From assembly GCA_905178155.1 (NCBI GenBank), contig CAJINV010000006.1, positions 1,675,876 to 1,739,875 of the forward strand: a stretch of DNA of 64,000 nucleotides, given 5' to 3'. The position numbers and the translations under genes were made by a program. How positions within the stretch are numbered: the first letter of the stretch is position 1; the number at the start of each line of letters is the position of its first letter. The notes under the pieces were generated by a model. It had not been told where the DNA came from, searched no databases, and worked only from the letters and a program-made list of their open reading frames with translations. Of the stretch, positions 59,601-64,000 are shown in pieces. The DNA comes from Amoebophrya sp. A120 (taxonomy: Eukaryota; Protista; Dinoflagellata).

Positions 59601-62106
59601 CCACTCGATCAAAGTGTTTAGCATGACAAATTTTCGCAGGGCTATGCGGCATGATAATCTGTGGCAAATCTGTAATGCGAAAGCTGCAATATTCCCACTT
59701 TTACTGTTGCTGTTCTTGCATTGCATACAGATCCATGTAACGATTGAGAATGTAACGTTTGAGAACGCCATATACTTGCCGAACTTCTTGTCCAAGGACA
59801 CTGCTGCTACGACGACATCTCTACTTGCGTCAACAAATGCGAGTCTGACGAGTAATACAACCAGTACGAGGACAACATCCTCGTCAGAAGTTAGTATCGA
59901 GATCAAAGACGGAGTACGAAAAATTGCAAAAGTACCGTACTAGGTTGTAGTAGAACAAATCGCATGACAAATTTCCCTGCGCATGAGAAGTTATGGAATT
60001 CGTAATGCGGACTGACCTTAACAAAAAGATTTGTGATGCCTGGCTTCAATTAGTACGAGTGCAAGATTATACTTTTGCAATGCATACGGAGACATCATTC
60101 AGGCGGTGTGTGTTTGGGACACGCGTATCGTGAGGAAAAACGGCCTCCCCCAGCACACCAGATTTGTGATGCGTACGTGCATGTTGTTGTTGCCCAAGCA
60201 AGAGCATCATGATCTCTCATGCGGGGGCCGCTGCGCACGACAAACCACTAAGTCGTGCTTGTAAATCAAAACGTGTCAACATGCGATATTATCAGGATTA
60301 GAGAGGGGAAGCGGATTTGTGTTGACGCCTTCTGGACTAGATAGCAAGCACGAAAGAACTGTGTCACGGCTTGTCATGCGGTTGTACTCCCCAAACAAGT
60401 TCTGAACTTGTCTCGACCCTGGGGTAGCGGGGACCAGGTCCTTCCTCAGGATACCGTGACTAGGTTATAATTTCGCCCAGAGCGCCGCGAATGCAACAGC
60501 AACTCTCGAGCAAACCCAGCAGAATCTGCTCCCATTTGGATTTCAGGAAGGAGCGGAAATGTGTATCCACTTATGGCTCTACACACCAAGGTCGACGGCA
60601 GTAACGTGTGAACCAATAGAGAATGTGCACGCGACGAGCAGCACCGTAGGAACAGCTTTGTCACCACTTACACTTCCTCCTACGTCGTATGGAAGCCTCA
60701 GAATGGAAATCCTCAAAGTGGAAATGATTTGCGATGCATGAAATGCGAGAACGCAATGGAGGCCGACTATTGTGCTTCTACGGGCCCAGAATTGGGTTGG
60801 TGCTTAGACGGGCACCCCTTTGCCTAACTAGCATTACAGACGCGTTTTGAGTGCTCGGGAAATTTGTCATGCCCCGACTAGAAATGGTGCTTCGACTGGA
60901 GGCGTCTTTTTGCATCACAAACTATTTCCACTTTGAGGATTTCCATTCTGAGGTTGTCATACGTCGCTGAAAAACCAGGACCTCTACCTTTTCGGGGAGC
61001 TGCCGGCGCGGCGGTGGCCCCGCGATATGGCCTGATCAAATCGGTTACCATCTCAAACGATGCAATGAATAGAATCTGGATTTTGTATTGCATGGTGAGC
61101 ATGACAGAGTCAGGCAGCATTCCACGTTCTGCAATACAAATTTCGCCAGATTGTAGTGCGGATTGGAACTCCAGAACTTGTCATGCGCAATCCTATGGGA
61201 GTCGGCTAGATCATGCAGTTCTTGCATCACAGATTTCTAGACTCTATTGGAACGCTTGAGATTGCAACTACAGCTGAGCAGACTATACGCGAAGGTGATG
61301 TTTTTTCGGAAGTACTAGATGACATTTGGAATACCATTCCGGCTGCACGGGTAGTAGTAGATAATTCTCGAACTACGGGTAATAGTAGTACTGTGGAGGT
61401 ACTATTAGCCACGCCGCCGTCGCAAGGAGCTCCTGCCACTTCTGGTGGAAAAAGTCTAAGTGAAGCGCTTACCGCTTACCCCTTCGTGCGTGAGGTTTGG
61501 CGGGAAATCAAGAAAAGAAGTGGTGGTAGTACAGCCAGCAACTATGCATCGTTTTGTAAAAGTCTTGTGTCGCACTAGCTGCAGTAGGACAGATTGCATC
61601 ACAAATTTTATCAAATGAAAAACTGGAAGTTGCCATGCAGATTCACCTCACAGAATCAGGAGGAAGTGAAAGTACTAGAAGTAGATTCATCTGTCGTCGA
61701 TGCATAACTGCAATTTCGTTATTTCATTTAGTCCGACCATGACACGTTAAGGTTTGCAATGCATAGCGACAACTCGTCAACGTCAACGAATGATCCCGGC
61801 GCTACAGCGACCTGCATCCCAGTGACTGGCAACTACGACCGGGCATGTGCGTTGGAGCCTGTGCTGATTCGCCGGAATTACGAAATTTTTGCCTCCAGTG
61901 GTGACGAGGCTTTTTCTACTTCGGGAGACGAGGCGCTGTTGACCTCCTCCGCTGCCCGGGCAGCCAGCGGACGCGCGGCGCGACATTCTTTATTTCAAGA
62001 TGCCGTTCCGTTTGTTCTGATTTTTCTGGCGCTATCAATATTTATTCCCTCGCAGGAGCCTGTGAAAATCGCAGAAAATAAGATTAAGCAGCCTCAAGGA
62101 TCATGA
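53680..62106 (+). CDS. Temptin-like domain + copper type II ascorbate-dependent monooxygenase (DBH/MOXD1-like), with signal peptide and C-terminal hydrophobic anchor
   Basis: Temptin-type motif GH..C..LNVFGHDF..WTKALCDLDSDGDGFSNGFELGDPCC..SHPG. Spliced DBH-like motifs LHHLDIFC, SFTPGG..VY, FVNLHY, FNFNDQ, GDIIQAVCVWDT and GFQEGAEMCIHLWLYTP. C-terminal VPFVLIFLALSIFIP. Confidence 0.8.
53880..54972. mobile_element. 1.1 kb TIR element with internal TTCTAACGA arrays, flanked by an exact 41-bp direct repeat
   Basis: DR at 53839-53879 and 54973-55013. Imperfect TIRs of about 45 bp containing aagatgct..aatcgttagaatagga. Confidence 0.85.
55874..56017. mobile_element. Introner family A
   Basis: DR tgcgg. 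Confidence 0.9.
56628..56778. mobile_element. Introner family A (reverse orientation)
   Basis: DR acatt/acact. Confidence 0.85.
56823..57082. mobile_element. Introner family H
   Basis: DR ttgag/atgag. Confidence 0.8.
57137..57390. mobile_element. Introner family B
   Basis: DR gggca. Confidence 0.9.
57625..57940. mobile_element. Introner family C
   Basis: DR ggcgg. Confidence 0.9.
57996..58150. mobile_element. Introner, A-like
   Basis: DR cctag. Confidence 0.9.
58765..59046. mobile_element. Introner family F (reverse orientation)
   Basis: DR agcga. Confidence 0.9.
59097..59310. mobile_element. Introner family G
   Basis: DR gcact/acact. Confidence 0.85.
59533..59772. mobile_element. Introner family D
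   Basis: DR tactt. Confidence 0.9.
59915..60086. mobile_element. Introner, A-like
   Basis: DR cggag. Confidence 0.85.
60126..60453. mobile_element. Degenerate introner, F-like
   Basis: tatcgtgaggaa / ttcctcaggata, DR acgcg/ccgtg, frame kept. Confidence 0.75.
60688..60961. mobile_element. Introner family O
   Basis: TIR of about 50 bp cctcagaatggaaatcctcaaagtggaaat, DR cgtcg. Confidence 0.9.
61026..61287. mobile_element. Introner (diverged family)
   Basis: DR cgcga; restores RRWPREGDVF. Confidence 0.8.
61543..61765. mobile_element. Degenerate introner, A-like
   Basis: DR gcaac/gcgac. Confidence 0.75.
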
Positions 62107-62578
62107 GAAGTTTGTACACATACTCAAGGGCAAAGAGGAAGGTGAAAATATTTATCAACACACTCATATACGTTTTTCTTCACAATAAAAGTGGAATCAG
62201 GAGGTCAGTTCCAGTTGTCTCCGAAGGCGATTTCGGAAACGACGCTCGCTAGAAGTACAACTACACTGTGTTCCTTTTTCAGCCACAAACGCCCGCGACA
62301 CAAAAATTGTGGCGCGCGCGAGGTGGATTCATCTTCTTTTACTATCTACGGTTCCTGCCTCAAGAAAACTGCAAAGTGCCGTGTTCCGTGGTGGCTCTGC
62401 TGATGCTCGTAGTTCCGGTCCACTATACCACGCGGCATAATATTATCCACGAGGGTATGGTTGGACGCACAGAGCATCATCGCAGAGATTCTGGGTTCTT
62501 CGTTCCTCGGCTGTTCATCGTTCTCTTCCAGTTGGCCTTTCAGTGAGTGTGTATTTTCCAAGTTGATGCTCTGAATGT

Positions 62579-62920
62579 GATAAAAATAAAATTTTGAATT
62601 TTCGCGGATTTGGGAAGACGATAAAAATAAAATTTTAAAATTTCGCGGATTTTGAAAATCCATAAAAGCGAAAATCTTGGTCGAACATGTGGTGAAGGGT
62701 TGAAATTGAAGGCGATAAAAATAAAATTTTAAGATTTCGCGGATTTGTTATTTAACCTTTTTGAAAAGAATGCTTTGAAACAAGCAGAGCACTGCAGCCG
62801 CGTGATATGATATGAGAAAAAGCAAGTTCCTTAGTTCTTGTGTTAGCCATGCTTGCTCGTTCTCGGTGTTTTCTCATTGGTGTTGCAATAAAAATAAAAT
62901 TTTGAATTTTCGCGGATTCG
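62579..62920. repeat. Four dispersed copies of an AT-rich repeat of about 32 bp (ataaaaataaaattttRaWtttcgcggatt)
   Basis: Copies near 62579, 62620, 62714 and 62888, in intergenic DNA. Confidence 0.75.
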
Positions 62921-63427
62921 GATTCGCGAACTCAATTGAAGATGATAAAATAAGTTTGAACAAAATGCATCTGGTGTCGTGGTGCTCTTGCTCCGTACAT
63001 GATCTTCGATCGCGCAATTATAGTCTGCTTCTCCTATCTCGACTAAGTTCAACCTGCATCAGTATCGTTCTATGGCGGGGAAAATTCAAATTTGTGTCGT
63101 ACAGCCACGAGTAGAGCTATCGTTGAGGGAGAGAGAATCAGAAGGATTTATTGCAAAGAAGGTGCGCTTCGTGCTCGTCGATTTGGCATCGTCGGCGGCT
63201 CCTCGGCCGCCAGGCATGACAGGAGAGGACTCGCAAATTTCCATACGCAAAAAGTAAAAGACGACCTCTAGCTCTCTTTGCTTCATTGTTATTCATCGAA
63301 AATTTGAAGATTTTTGATCAAAAAAAGGTGTATGATGTAAAAACGTGTAGCCTTTTAGTAGTTCCCGGTAGAAGTGCTGCTTGCGTTGCCTTTTAATCTA
63401 CTTCTCTTTCACAACAAGAAGCAAAGC

Positions 63428-64000
63428 ATGGCCTCCGCAATTCTGAATGATTTTTTGAATGGACCGCTCCGGTCTGTTTCCGAAGCGTTGTTGGCGCCCC
63501 AGCCCTTCTACGGCCGCAAGTACTACTACGACGAGTGCAAATGGGGTAAGGCGACCAGCAACGGGCAGTTTTACCAGCAGTGCAACGAGCGGGCGGGTCC
63601 GGAGCCAAGGTTCGTGCCCACTATGCATTGCAAATATCGATCTGGGTCTGGAAAGCTGTAACTTGTGATGCTGCACTTGCATACTGCAAAAATCTGTATT
63701 GCATGAACATCAAAAGAGGTTCAGTTTTTGCCACGGCGAGGGCGCATTTCTCATGCAGTGTAGGCATCAGGAAGCTGTCACAAAATCTGTGATGCTGGGG
63801 CATGCATCACAGCCGTCAGGAGTCACGCAAAACGTGCATGACAAACCTTGCATCCTTCCAGAAATCCAGGGATATTTGCATTTGATACCCACCGACAAGG
63901 ACGAAGCGACGTTTTTCAAGAAGATCAATGGAGACATATGCAATTGGTGGAAAAGTACAACCGTTTACTAGCTATAAAAAATCGCATGACAAATTCCCTC
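63428..64000 (+). CDS. Hypothetical protein, 5' part, runs off the window
   Basis: ATG at 63428; MASAILNDF...RFVP joins TDKDEATFFKKINGD across introner 63622-63887. Confidence 0.6.
63622..63887. mobile_element. Introner family B
   Basis: DR cccac. Confidence 0.9.
63937..64000. mobile_element. Probable introner, truncated by the window end
   Basis: tatgcaa...aaaagtac start with a gcatgaca octamer. Confidence 0.6.

Noticed and set aside
444-63887. Recurring peptides such as SCAKVSY, YEYDTFA, PDPDIFAFD and FQTQTFLHL in many ORFs
   Set aside because: They are read-through translations of introner TIRs, not a protein motif.
444-63887. Tc1/mariner MITEs with a TA target duplication, or TA-bounded ciliate IES
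   Set aside because: TA is part of the TIR. The real duplication is a variable 5-mer outside it, and frame restoration removes both TA dinucleotides. DNA-level excision cannot be formally excluded without reads.
1-64000. Dinoflagellate spliced-leader relics, tRNA or rRNA genes
   Set aside because: No CCGTAGCCATTTTGGCTCAAG-like sequence or recognisable structural RNA was seen by eye. A covariance-model search would be needed to exclude them.

Overview
Eukaryotic genomic DNA, most likely from a parasitic alveolate of the Amoebophrya (Syndiniales) type. This assignment is inferred from the intron architecture, not from a marker gene. About nine genes all lie on the + strand: a giant thrombospondin type 1 (TSP1)/EF-hand repeat protein (<1-18833), a PP2A B''/PPP2R3C-like regulatory subunit (~33185-40726), a temptin + dopamine beta-hydroxylase (DBH)-like copper monooxygenase (~53680-62106), a small CxxC..CxxC protein, and several low-complexity unknowns. 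The dominant feature is roughly 80 MITE-like introners (mostly 110-480 bp, more than 10 unrelated families). Each starts TAT and ends ATA, has terminal inverted repeats (TIRs), is flanked by a 5-bp direct repeat (DR), carries many TGTNATGC/GCATNACA octamers, and sits inside coding sequence in either orientation. Removing the element plus 5 nt restores the reading frame in nearly every case traced by hand. DR mismatches place the junction at NNNN|N-TAT...ATA-NNNN|N, so splice sites appear to be set by distance from the TAT/ATA ends rather than by GT-AG. The window also has nested larger TIR elements and three 0.2-1.1 kb insertions flanked by unusually long (26-52 bp) exact direct repeats, one of them with telomere-like repeats. 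Family letters are my own labels. All coordinates and splices were derived by eye and are unverified by RNA data.
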